The notes beneath the pieces are model-generated. The model was not told where the DNA came from, ran no database searches, and was given only the letters and a program-made list of their open reading frames with translations. Positions 1-7,391 of a DNA stretch of 10,043 bases are shown piece by piece. The first letter of the stretch is position 1; each line of letters starts with the position of its first letter. This DNA comes from a virus (taxonomy: Duplodnaviria; Heunggongvirae; Uroviricota; Caudoviricetes): positions 1-10,043 of the IMG/VR virus record IMGVR_UViG_2639762982_000013. The stretch is one strand, 5' to 3'. Both the position numbers and the translations under genes were made by a program.

Positions 1-516
1 ATGAAATTTAAAAAATGTCTTCTGCCTGTGGCAATGTTAGCGTCATTCACTCTGGCAGGATGCCAGTCAAATGCTGACGATCATGCCGCCGATGTTTATC
101 AAACCGATCAACTGAATACCAAACAAGAAACTAAAACCGTTAATATTATTTCCATTCTTCCCGCAAAAGTTGCCGTAGACAACTCCCAAAATAAACGGAA
201 CGCACAAGCCTTCGGCGCGCTTATTGGCGCAGTCGCTGGCGGTGTTATCGGCCACAACGTCGGTTCTGGCAGCAATTCCGGAACGACGGCAGGGGCAGTT
301 GGCGGCGGAGCTGTAGGCGCGGCAGCGGGTTCTATGGTGAATGATAAAACCTTAGTGGAAGGTGTTTCTTTAACATATAAGGAAGGCACCAAAGTGTATA
401 CCTCTACCCAGGTGGGTAAAGAGTGCCAGTTTACGACAGGTTTAGCCGTTGTTATTACCACAACGTATAACGAAACGCGTATTCAGCCAAATACTAAATG
501 TCCTGAAAAGAGCTAA
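1..516 (+). CDS. yfgH: Outer-membrane lipoprotein with glycine-zipper domain (YfgH-like); host gene
   Basis: 171-aa ORF. Lipoprotein signal peptide with lipobox LAGC (Cys21). Gly/Ala-rich GxxxG zipper segment (GALIGAVAGGVIGHNVG...). Gene symbol from memory of E. coli K-12 yfgH (same length class), not verified. Confidence 0.8.
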   Translation: MKFKKCLLPVAMLASFTLAGCQSNADDHAADVYQTDQLNTKQETKTVNIISILPAKVAVDNSQNKRNAQAFGALIGAVAGGVIGHNVGSGSNSGTTAGAVGGGAVGAAAGSMVNDKTLVEGVSLTYKEGTKVYTSTQVGKECQFTTGLAVVITTTYNETRIQPNTKCPEKS

Positions 517-531
517 TAATCAGGAGGAGTC

Positions 532-1071
532 ATGAAGAAAGTTTTTCTTTGCGCCATCTTGGCCTCCTTAAGCTATCCGGCTATCGCCTCATCATTGCAG
601 GATCAACTCTCTGCTGTAGCAGAAGCTGAACAGCAAGGTAAAAATGAAGAGCAAAGGCAGCATGACGAATGGGTCGCGGAGCGCAACAGGGAAATCCAGC
701 AAGAGAAGCAACGTCGCGCAAATGCCCAGGCCGCCGCTAACAAAAGAGCGGCAACGGCAGCAGCAAATAAGAAAGCTCGTCAGGATAAACTGGACGCCGA
801 AGCCTCTGCGGACAAAAAACGCGATCAAAGTTATGAAGATGAGCTACGCAGCTTAGAGATTCAGAAACAAAAACTGGCGCTGGCGAAAGAAGAAGCCCGC
901 GTTAAGCGAGAAAACGAATTTATCGATCAGGAACTGAAGCACAAAGCTGCGCAAACCGATGTGGTGCAATCTGAAGCTGACGCCAACAGAAATATGACTG
1001 AAGGCGGTCGCGATCTGATGAAAAGCGTGGGCAAAGCAGAAGAGAACAAATCGGACAGCTGGTTTAATTAA
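532..1071 (+). CDS. yfgI: Secreted/periplasmic charged coiled-coil protein (YfgI-like); host gene
   Basis: 179-aa ORF, strong SD AGGAGG 7 nt upstream. Sec signal peptide (…AIA/SS), then K/E/Q/A-rich low-complexity helical region. Synteny with the preceding yfgH-like gene; symbol from memory. Confidence 0.75.
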   Translation: MKKVFLCAILASLSYPAIASSLQDQLSAVAEAEQQGKNEEQRQHDEWVAERNREIQQEKQRRANAQAAANKRAATAAANKKARQDKLDAEASADKKRDQSYEDELRSLEIQKQKLALAKEEARVKRENEFIDQELKHKAAQTDVVQSEADANRNMTEGGRDLMKSVGKAEENKSDSWFN

Positions 1072-1110
1072 TCGATGTTAGTAACTTCAAGCCTATGATT
1101 CTTGAAGATA

Positions 1111-1142
1111 AAAAACCCTCTGTAGTAACAGAGGGTTTTGTT
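1111..1142. terminator. Bidirectional rho-independent terminator downstream of yfgI
   Basis: A5-CCCTCTG-tagtaa-CAGAGGG-T4: 7-bp GC-rich stem with A-tract before and T-tract after, so it is readable on both strands. Confidence 0.6.
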
Positions 1143-1267
1143 CATTCATAGTGCAGGGATTAAAATCATTCCCACTCAATTATTTACGACACGCATAACC
1201 AATTGACTGATAACAACTTTCTGCAACCTGACTTTCACCGTACCGTTTTATATACCGTCACCGAAAA

Positions 1268-1765
1268 TCAGTACCACGATTTTTGCTTCTTCAGTGAATC
1301 GTATTGCTGTTCGCAGGATTCTCCTGCAATCCGATACTTTTCAGCCTCAGCTGCTGTTGCGTTGTAAACTCGATTGCTTTCTTCAAGCATGTCGGCGAGC
1401 ACACCGATGACCTTGCTGGCTGGCGTGCCAGTGGGGAAAGATCCGGTATAGTGTTCGGCGAGTCGCTTGGTTTTGTCAAGCTCGGCGCGCAGGCTGTCAG
1501 CAGCGGCATTAGCATGCTCAGCATCAACACGCGCCACATCGATACGGGATTGTGCTTCACGTTCAATTTGTGTTTTCTCCTGATCACGTTGTGACCTAGC
1601 CTTATCATTAGCCTGTTTCTGATCTTCCTGTGCCTGCGCATACCCGGCGTCGTACTGACGACTGCCGTGTGCATTCCAGGCTACAACTCCTGATATGACC
1701 AGAACAGCAAGCATCGCCATGATAACCAACTGTTTCCAGTATGCTTTTACGAATGCCCAGATCAT
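1268..1765 (-). CDS. Phage i-spanin (Rz-like inner-membrane spanin subunit)
   Basis: 165 aa with N-terminal TM helix, then charged helical periplasmic domain. Start overlaps endolysin stop (ATGA). Last gene of the lysis cassette and contains an embedded lipoprotein ORF. Confidence 0.7.
   Translation of the reverse strand: MIWAFVKAYWKQLVIMAMLAVLVISGVVAWNAHGSRQYDAGYAQAQEDQKQANDKARSQRDQEKTQIEREAQSRIDVARVDAEHANAAADSLRAELDKTKRLAEHYTGSFPTGTPASKVIGVLADMLEESNRVYNATAAEAEKYRIAGESCEQQYDSLKKQKSWY
1291..1539 (-). CDS. Phage o-spanin (Rz1-like outer-membrane lipoprotein), embedded in the i-spanin gene in another frame
   Basis: Internal Met of the 127-aa alternate-frame ORF gives [17 protein letters not shown]…: signal peptide plus lipobox LTAC, then a Pro/Ser-rich short mature region, as in lambda Rz1. 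Fully nested in 1268-1765. Exact start uncertain (alternative Met at 1524); no strong SD. Confidence 0.55.
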   Translation of the reverse strand: MWRVLMLSMLMPLLTACAPSLTKPSDSPNTIPDLSPLARQPARSSVCSPTCLKKAIEFTTQQQLRLKSIGLQENPANSNTIH

Positions 1766-2391
1766 ACCGCCAGCGCCTTACTGGCAGTGATGTACCGAGC
1801 GCGCCGGTCGTCGATGCCGTTCCTGCCACCATTGATAATCAGAGTTACACGTGCAATATCGCCGGTATACTTCATGCAACCTTTGCTGGAGAAGAACCAC
1901 GCCGCGCTACGAGCCGCGTATTCGTCCTGCGCCAACAGTTCAGGATTCTCCAGCAGGTCCACTTTCAGGCCGTTTCCGCAATCACGATAGTTATTCAAAC
2001 CGGTAATCTGGATAAGTCCGCGGCCACGGTAATTCCAGCCATCACCAGAGGCATTGTTCCCCATGCGTTTGCTGTACACCAGATTGGCGATCGCTCTCTG
2101 GCGCTCGAGTGGCAATGGTGGTTCACCAGCACGGCGACCAAGTGCATTAGCCTGTCCCTGAGTGAGACGCCCAGCCCGAACGAAGTTAGCCAGTCCGGTG
2201 ACGCTGTAGTTGAAATTTTCCTGCAACCGGGTGAATCCACCAGACTCATGCCCGACCTGAGCAATAAACATTGCCTGATCTTCAGCTTTGCTGATACCAA
2301 ACTCTTTCATCGCAGAAGTTATATGCGAGAACCAGCGTGCGGCCAGCGCCTCGCTAATACCAGCAGCTCGCTGGAATTGTTTAATCTCCAT
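1762..2391 (-). CDS. Phage endolysin, glycoside hydrolase family 19 (chitinase class I-like)
   Basis: 209 aa. Motifs [21 protein letters not shown] and AAWFF typical of GH19 phage lysins. SD GAGG 8 nt upstream. Flanked by membrane proteins and spanins. Confidence 0.9.
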   Translation of the reverse strand: MEIKQFQRAAGISEALAARWFSHITSAMKEFGISKAEDQAMFIAQVGHESGGFTRLQENFNYSVTGLANFVRAGRLTQGQANALGRRAGEPPLPLERQRAIANLVYSKRMGNNASGDGWNYRGRGLIQITGLNNYRDCGNGLKVDLLENPELLAQDEYAARSAAWFFSSKGCMKYTGDIARVTLIINGGRNGIDDRRARYITASKALAV

Positions 2392-2689
2392 GTTTAGACC
2401 TCGTTATTTTAAAAATCTGCACGACGTTACCGCGCGTTTTAATAACCGCAGCTAGCATGACAGCGTTGATAATGACCTCAGATAAATCCACAGCCATTGG
2501 CGTACGTAACCAGATTGCATAGGCGACACGAACAGGAATACTGGCCGCAGCAACAATCAGGAAATAAGCAAGCCATCCTCCCCACCTTCGGTGTTGAGAG
2601 CCGTTACGCCGGAATGTGACAACGCGAATTGCTATGCCAGTGCAAATAACTGCATTGGTGATAAGCAAAAAAAACTCATGCGTTACCAT
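2381..2689 (-). CDS. Lysis-cassette small membrane protein (holin/antiholin-like)
   Basis: 102 aa with 2-3 predicted TM helices. SD GGAG 8 nt upstream. Overlaps the upstream gene by 14 nt and the endolysin start by 11 nt, indicating translational coupling. Confidence 0.55.
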   Translation of the reverse strand: MVTHEFFLLITNAVICTGIAIRVVTFRRNGSQHRRWGGWLAYFLIVAAASIPVRVAYAIWLRTPMAVDLSEVIINAVMLAAVIKTRGNVVQIFKITRSKHGD

Positions 2690-3089
2690 CGTCTTTTCTC
2701 CCCGGAATTAACTCGCGTGGATTATCGGAACGGTGATAAAGCCATATACCAATTCGCACAGCGACAATTGACGACACAAATGCGCCAGCAGAGAAGACGA
2801 TCCCTTTCTCGAAAGAGTCCTGCGTGATGGTAGGGATCAGGCTGGCTACACCGATAAGGATGGATGCTGTAGGTTTGTAAAAGAGAAGGCCGCAGAGGAA
2901 GCTGAGCATAGACAGGAGAACCCGGCGATGAATGGGATACTCGATGGCTGAGGTAACAAAAATTACCGCCCCAGCCAAAGCTCCCAAAGCCACCTCTGGA
3001 GGAACCCCTGCTATCACCGCAGCAAGAGAACTCGCACTAAGCCACTGATTTAAAGACTCACTGGTTAGCTGAACTGACATAAAAAACAC
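2676..3089 (-). CDS. Putative holin (multi-pass membrane protein), first gene of lysis cassette
   Basis: 137 aa with 3-4 hydrophobic helices and a charged C-terminus. Position directly upstream of the endolysin. Start may be the second ATG at 3080. Family not recognised. Confidence 0.55.
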   Translation of the reverse strand: MFFMSVQLTSESLNQWLSASSLAAVIAGVPPEVALGALAGAVIFVTSAIEYPIHRRVLLSMLSFLCGLLFYKPTASILIGVASLIPTITQDSFEKGIVFSAGAFVSSIVAVRIGIWLYHRSDNPRELIPGRKDDGNA

Positions 3090-3185
3090 CGTTTAATGTG
3101 CATAAAGAATCCCCTTAGTTGGTTAGTTCATCATACACAATAAACCATATGTGGATTAAACTTGATCTGATAATTCTTAACGAAA

Positions 3186-3200
3186 TTACCTTAAAGGTGA
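3186..3200. promoter_or_regulatory. Palindromic site A (TTACC-TTAAA-GGTGA), member of a five-copy family
   Basis: Lies in the 212-bp gap between the tail fibre and the lysis operon, about 100 bp upstream of the holin start. One mismatch from a perfect palindrome. Flank ATATC is shared with site C. Confidence 0.4.
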
Positions 3201-3301
3201 TATCATAAATATCCTTGTGTCATTTAAAATTAGAGTTAGGGCATGATAGCCAACATACAATATTTGCGTTTTCTCGCTGCATTCCTTGGCGATGACTTCT
3301 C

Positions 3302-5065
3302 TTAAACAACAATTTTAAGGAAATTTGAAGCATCCTTATAGATGGTGCCCGCGGTGGCGCCGTTTATCTCCTCAAGCGTTTTTACATTCTTCAAAACCAC
3401 CTTGCCATCTTCCAGAAATTCAATGCATGGTGCGTCGTTGTTCATGTTTATTTTCAACGAACCAACAGCACTACCTCCGTTTCCGCTTATCCATTCAAGT
3501 GACGCAATAGGAAGTGCATTGCCGTTGTGATCTGTCCCTTGTAGCAAGATCCTTCCAGTTCCTACCCCTGGTATTCTGATAGCTGCGCGACCACCATCCT
3601 CTAAAACTACTTCCAAAATTTCTTTAGGATATTTTGTGTGCACTCCTACACGCGTCAGCGAACCACCACCACCAGGGACGACGGCAATACCTGGAATAAG
3701 CGATTCTGCAAAAAGCATCACTGAGTCTTTATGTGGATTGATTGCTGGCTTATCGTCATTAGTGCCGCTCCCTATCGCAATCGAACCACCATAAGCCTGA
3801 ATATTCTTACCTACAGCAAAAGAGCCATCTCCTGCCGCGCGAGTTCGATATCCAATGGCTGCCGCACCAATGCCATCACTTGCAACCCCGCCGGGGTCTG
3901 TAGTGTATCCCGGTCTGGCTTGTGTATAATAACCTGTTGCAAAAGCCGCCCTTGAAAGCGCTTCCGTTTCTTCACAGAATGCGGCAGATTTTGCTCCAAG
4001 AGCAATGACATTTTTCCCAAATGCAAAAGAGCAGTACCCCTCAGCATTTGGTGAGGTAATATGATCTGGGTCCCCAGTGGCAGAACCAGCACCACCGGCA
4101 ATAGATGCCACGCCGTACGTAACGCAGTCATGCCCGAAAGTTGTGGTGTATACCGCGAATGACGCACCGTTTCTGTTAAAAGATACTGAGTAATCACCGA
4201 TAAGAGCCGGGTTACACCATGAATTTCTCGGTGTAGGCAAGCCTCTCCAGAAGTTCTTTTCATCGTCAAGTGGTAGGAGATCGGCACCACCAATTCTCAG
4301 CCAACCTTTATCCTTATCAAAAGAAAAAGTGACGCCATCGGTTAAAGTAGATCCAACCGGTATACCGTAATTAACTTTTGTGCCAATCCTCTTAAGCCCG
4401 TCAGGTTGCGCCAGCAATAACAGAACATCTGCTGCACTACCGCTCTCAGGCAAGACCATAATGGACTCACCTGCATAATCATATGCATGGATCATATTTG
4501 CACGTTCTGCAGCAGGAGGGAGTTGCCGCGTAAATGACTCTGGAACCCTTAACGTGTGCAGATAGTTGTTGTTACTAATCGTGTCTACATAATTTTTAGT
4601 GGCAGCATCCTGCGGGTCTCGTGGGTCGCGCAGGTTGCGAATGTAATTCCCCAGCGCGTCGTACCAGTTAGCGATGGTTGATGGCTTGCGCAGCGCCAAG
4701 GCAAACCAACTGCGAACCTGCTGGATCAGCATCGTCAGTTTATCGAATGCGTCTTCATGCACCTCAGCGAAGAACTTACCCTGGTTGCGCAGATCGGTAT
4801 CCTGCGTAACCGGTAGCTCTCTTGATATAGAAATCTGATAACCGTTAGCCAACGCCTTCGACAGAATTACATTGCCGCCGTTATACCCTCCCGCACCAGT
4901 GACTATGTAATCAGTATCAAGAATCAGCTCTGTGATGTTCTCGTTCAGGTCAACAACCTGCACTACTAAATCAGATTTCTGGAAAATCCTGAAGGTATAA
5001 GGGAATGCCGTTGTAACACCGTTACCTGTGTATTCGTTGTGGTCAACTTCGGTTGAGACCGTCAT
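3302..5065 (-). CDS. Phage tail fibre / tailspike protein
   Basis: 587 aa. The N-terminal ~150 aa (MTVSTEVDHNEYTGNGVTTAFPYTF…DYIVTG) resembles the conserved T7 gp17-type virion-attachment domain. The C-terminal two thirds are Gly/Ala/Ser-rich with repeated beta-strand-like motifs (SFAVGKN, SIAIGSGT, IGAAAIGY), as in trimeric receptor-binding domains. Confidence 0.85.
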   Translation of the reverse strand: MTVSTEVDHNEYTGNGVTTAFPYTFRIFQKSDLVVQVVDLNENITELILDTDYIVTGAGGYNGGNVILSKALANGYQISISRELPVTQDTDLRNQGKFFAEVHEDAFDKLTMLIQQVRSWFALALRKPSTIANWYDALGNYIRNLRDPRDPQDAATKNYVDTISNNNYLHTLRVPESFTRQLPPAAERANMIHAYDYAGESIMVLPESGSAADVLLLLAQPDGLKRIGTKVNYGIPVGSTLTDGVTFSFDKDKGWLRIGGADLLPLDDEKNFWRGLPTPRNSWCNPALIGDYSVSFNRNGASFAVYTTTFGHDCVTYGVASIAGGAGSATGDPDHITSPNAEGYCSFAFGKNVIALGAKSAAFCEETEALSRAAFATGYYTQARPGYTTDPGGVASDGIGAAAIGYRTRAAGDGSFAVGKNIQAYGGSIAIGSGTNDDKPAINPHKDSVMLFAESLIPGIAVVPGGGGSLTRVGVHTKYPKEILEVVLEDGGRAAIRIPGVGTGRILLQGTDHNGNALPIASLEWISGNGGSAVGSLKINMNNDAPCIEFLEDGKVVLKNVKTLEEINGATAGTIYKDASNFLKIVV

Positions 5066-5169
5066 GTTAAATCTCCAGATAGTCGCAGCACCCGTTGCGC
5101 CGCATATCTGGTTATTCTATTACCTGAAAAACCACATATGGATAGAAAGACTATAAATACCAATAGATA

Positions 5170-5184
5170 TTACCTTTCGGGTAA
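5170..5184. promoter_or_regulatory. Palindromic site B (TTACC-TTTCG-GGTAA)
   Basis: Perfect 5-bp inverted arms with a 5-nt spacer in the divergent region between the tail fibre gene and the small SOS-box gene. Confidence 0.4.
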
Positions 5185-5221
5185 TTTGCAAAACGTGCTG
5201 GATAGCAAACAAATTATTTGA

Positions 5222-5241
5222 TACTGTATATTTATACAGTT
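5222..5241. promoter_or_regulatory. LexA (SOS) box
   Basis: TACTGTATATTTATACAGTT matches the E. coli LexA consensus TACTGTATATATATACAGTA at 18/20, with CTGT-N8-ACAG intact. Located 20 bp upstream of the ATG at 5261 and overlapping a plausible -10. Confidence 0.7.
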
Positions 5242-5260
5242 ATTGCATGGAGAAGATAAG

Positions 5261-5518
5261 ATGCAGCAGTATCACTATCCACTGGAAGACGGATTTACCG
5301 AAAGGATTCACACGCCGGGAGGCGTCAGGTCACTGGTGGAGGGATCGCACTTGATGAAATTACTCCGGGATCTCGATAAGGATGGATTTAATGTCGATGG
5401 CCCACTTGCCGAACTGACTGCACTGATTAACTACGTCACCAGCTCACAGATGTCTATGCTGGATCTGCAAACACATCTCGACTATTGTGCCGAACAATTA
5501 CGAAAACAAACCCGGTAA
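5261..5518 (+). CDS. Small SOS-regulated protein, candidate Tum-like antirepressor (homologous to C-terminal domain of the AntA protein at 6669-7325)
   Basis: 85 aa from the ATG at 5261 with SD GGAGAAG; the ORF track extends it to a TTG at 5243. Roughly 40% identity by eye to the last ~80 aa of the 218-aa AntA-domain protein (IH[TS]P[GS]GV…LM.LL..L..DG..V.G..AELT…D.QTH..Y). LexA box immediately upstream. Confidence 0.6.
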   Translation: MQQYHYPLEDGFTERIHTPGGVRSLVEGSHLMKLLRDLDKDGFNVDGPLAELTALINYVTSSQMSMLDLQTHLDYCAEQLRKQTR

Positions 5519-5522
5519 ATTT

Positions 5523-5542
5523 AAAGGCCGCAAGAGCGGCCT
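5523..5542. terminator. Bidirectional rho-independent terminator between convergent genes
   Basis: AGGCCGC-aaga-GCGGCCT stem-loop with A-rich 5' flank and T-rich 3' flank. Sits between the + gene ending at 5518 and the - gene ending at 5541. Confidence 0.6.
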
Positions 5543-6269
5543 ATCGTTTCGCTTTGTGCTCGTCCCAGCACGTTTTGCACCATGCCATTAAGCCATCCGC
5601 ATTTTGATTATTAGGGTAAAAGCTTGTTCGTTTTCTGCGGACATTACAAATTGGGCACCACTTCATATGGCGTGTATTCTTTGGGCCATCGAGACACCTT
5701 GCACACCACTTAGTCAATCCATCTGGATTTTTTGACGATTTCCTGAATTTTTCATATGGTAGGTTTATTCTGCATCGCAAGCACTGCTTGCTACCACTTG
5801 AAACTCTGTTAGCTGATTCTTCTTTTGGCGGCGATACAGAAGGTATTCTTGCTGGCTCTGATACTGCCTGAGGTGCTTTTTTAGATGACTGAGACGATAT
5901 GTCATCACCAGGGAATCTTCCATGATATGCCGGACGCGTTGACACTCCAGGTGGAAGCTCAGCTGTAAACGGCTTTGGCTGAATCAGTTGCCTCTCTTTT
6001 GCTAACTCCTGCTGTTTATAATATGTCTGGATTACCGCACTATCATAAGCAGGAGGTGCGGAAATATTAGGCGCATTACCTCCAGTTTTTTGAAACTGAG
6101 TAGAGGTGTGTTCTATCACCTGTGTACGATTAATCGTTATCTCCCCATCTTCGGTCTTTATCGTTTTGTTATGATTAACGACCGTACGATCAGAGATCTT
6201 AGTCTTGTTCTGGTTGATAACGTAAATAATCACCGCAACCACACCAACAACTATCCAGAAAACTTCCAT
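5541..6269 (-). CDS. Membrane-anchored protein with tandem C4 zinc-ribbon repeats (function unknown)
   Basis: 242 aa. N-terminal TM helix (residues ~4-20) followed by K/R (positive-inside), a Pro/Ser/Gln-rich linker, then two copies of CxxC-x16-DGL-x2-WC-x2-C. SD GAGGA 8 nt upstream of the ATG. Confidence 0.7.
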   Translation of the reverse strand: MEVFWIVVGVVAVIIYVINQNKTKISDRTVVNHNKTIKTEDGEITINRTQVIEHTSTQFQKTGGNAPNISAPPAYDSAVIQTYYKQQELAKERQLIQPKPFTAELPPGVSTRPAYHGRFPGDDISSQSSKKAPQAVSEPARIPSVSPPKEESANRVSSGSKQCLRCRINLPYEKFRKSSKNPDGLTKWCARCLDGPKNTRHMKWCPICNVRRKRTSFYPNNQNADGLMAWCKTCWDEHKAKR

Positions 6270-6289
6270 TGCTTTTCCTCACAATAACA

Positions 6290-6304
6290 TTACCTTAAAG
6301 GTAA
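6290..6304. promoter_or_regulatory. Palindromic site C (TTACC-TTAAA-GGTAA)
   Basis: Perfect palindrome about 10 bp upstream of the SD of the minus-strand zinc-ribbon gene. Core identical to sites A and D. Confidence 0.4.
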
Positions 6305-6382
6305 TATCTTGCTTTCAGGTGATCAAGCGTTAAACGCAATCAACCAAATACGGTTGATTTTAATATTTCTTCGCGTTTATCA

Positions 6383-6397
6383 TTACCTTTGCGGTAA
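6383..6397. promoter_or_regulatory. Palindromic site E (TTACC-TTTGC-GGTAA)
   Basis: Same arms as the other sites, with a spacer like site B. Lies just upstream of the structured leader preceding the AntA gene. Confidence 0.35.
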
Positions 6398-6488
6398 ATT
6401 TACATTGCACTCCTCTTGTGCCATAGTAATCGGGCACTGGCAAAATCCAGTGCCGGGATTGGTCTCCCGGATTACTAAGTGGCGCATA

Positions 6489-6510
6489 CCACGCCAGACG
6501 TGGTTTTTTT
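6489..6510 (+). terminator. Putative intrinsic terminator / attenuator hairpin in the leader of the AntA-like gene
   Basis: CCACG-ccaga-CGTGG followed by T7. Preceded by two GC-rich hairpins (6433-6454 and 6453-6470) that share bases, so alternative pairings are possible. Confidence 0.4.
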
Positions 6511-6668
6511 ATGCGTATAGCACAGTCATGCCAGAATTATGGTGGGCTGAATGGGGGTCCGAAAGGACGCCGGTACCACTTAGGCCGGTAAGACCAACTC
6601 CGTTCAGTTCACCACCATCTGATTGGTCTCAGCGGTGGTGATGTAATTCGCTAAGTGGAGACGCCATC

Positions 6669-7325
6669 ATGAACGCTCAACTCATCCCCGTATTCAACGG
6701 CACTATATCTAACGAAACAGCCCTACTTTGTAATGCCCGCGATCTGCACGCTTTTTTAGGTGTTAAAAAGGTGTTTGCAGCATGGATTACAAATCGCATA
6801 TCAGAATACGAATTCATTGAAAATCAAGACTATATTTTGCTTTCCAATTTGGGAAAGCAAACATCTGGTAGAGGCGGCCACAACCGCAAAGAGTACCACC
6901 TCACCCTTGATACAGCCAAAGAGCTGGCGATGGTCGAGCGTAACGAAAAAGGTCGCCAGGTGCGACGCTACTTCATTGAATGCGAGAAACGTTTAAGACA
7001 ACAAGAAACAAAAGTGGAGAAGGTCTTGTCAGGCTTCATGCCCGCCATTATGGAGGCGATCAAGCTGGAAGACAAAAAAGAATACAGCGCCCCACTGAAG
7101 CCCGGCTACCGCAGCCTGATTCATTCGCCGTCTGGTGTTCTTGGACTGACGGAGAACTCACTGCTGATGAATCTGCTGAACCAGTTACAGGACGACGGGC
7201 ATGACGTATCGGGCGCGGCGGCGGAGCTGACCACCATGTTCTGCTACATCGTCGGTGTGAGCAAATGCCTGCGTGATATCCAGACGCACGCGGAGTACAT
7301 CAGCGACAAAGCAGGATTCTTCTGA
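6669..7325 (+). CDS. Phage antirepressor-like protein, N-terminal AntA-type domain with a C-terminal domain shared with the 5261-5518 protein
   Basis: 218 aa, SD GGAG 8 nt upstream. N-terminal region ([10 protein letters not shown]…[33 protein letters not shown]) matches the AntA/pRha-type antirepressor N-domain pattern. C-terminal ~80 aa is paralogous to the small SOS-box protein. Confidence 0.8.
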   Translation: MNAQLIPVFNGTISNETALLCNARDLHAFLGVKKVFAAWITNRISEYEFIENQDYILLSNLGKQTSGRGGHNRKEYHLTLDTAKELAMVERNEKGRQVRRYFIECEKRLRQQETKVEKVLSGFMPAIMEAIKLEDKKEYSAPLKPGYRSLIHSPSGVLGLTENSLLMNLLNQLQDDGHDVSGAAAELTTMFCYIVGVSKCLRDIQTHAEYISDKAGFF

Positions 7326-7391
7326 CGGGCGGCGGCACAGGGATGTGCCTTTAAAATAATCATTGGCGATGTGATGTAGATTCGCGTAATA

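Noticed and set aside
108-856. Minus-strand ORFs of 62, 117 and 78 aa and a 70-aa + ORF overlapping yfgH/yfgI
   Set aside because: They overlap two genes with clear signal peptides and good SDs. The translations are low-complexity mirror images of the Gly/Ala-rich and Lys/Glu-rich coding strands.
1741-2397. 218-aa + strand ORF antisense to the endolysin (and the 67-aa and 101-aa ORFs in the same span)
   Set aside because: Fully antisense to the well-supported GH19 endolysin gene, with no SD and no recognisable domains. Typical shadow ORF of GC-balanced coding DNA.
2591-2827. 78-aa + strand ORF across the boundary of the two lysis membrane-protein genes
   Set aside because: Antisense to the tightly overlapping holin-region genes; no SD or domain support.
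3811-4293. 160-aa minus-strand alternate-frame ORF inside the tail fibre gene, and small + ORFs at 3325-3955
   Set aside because: Nested in or antisense to the tail fibre gene, which has clear family features; no independent support.
6309-6641. 110-aa + strand ORF spanning the AntA leader
   Set aside because: It runs through the hairpin/terminator region, has no SD and an implausible Pro/Trp-rich low-complexity translation. The region is better explained as structured non-coding leader.
6760-7204. 78-aa and 74-aa + ORFs inside the AntA gene
   Set aside because: Out-of-frame ORFs nested inside the AntA-domain gene, which has the recognisable domain pattern.
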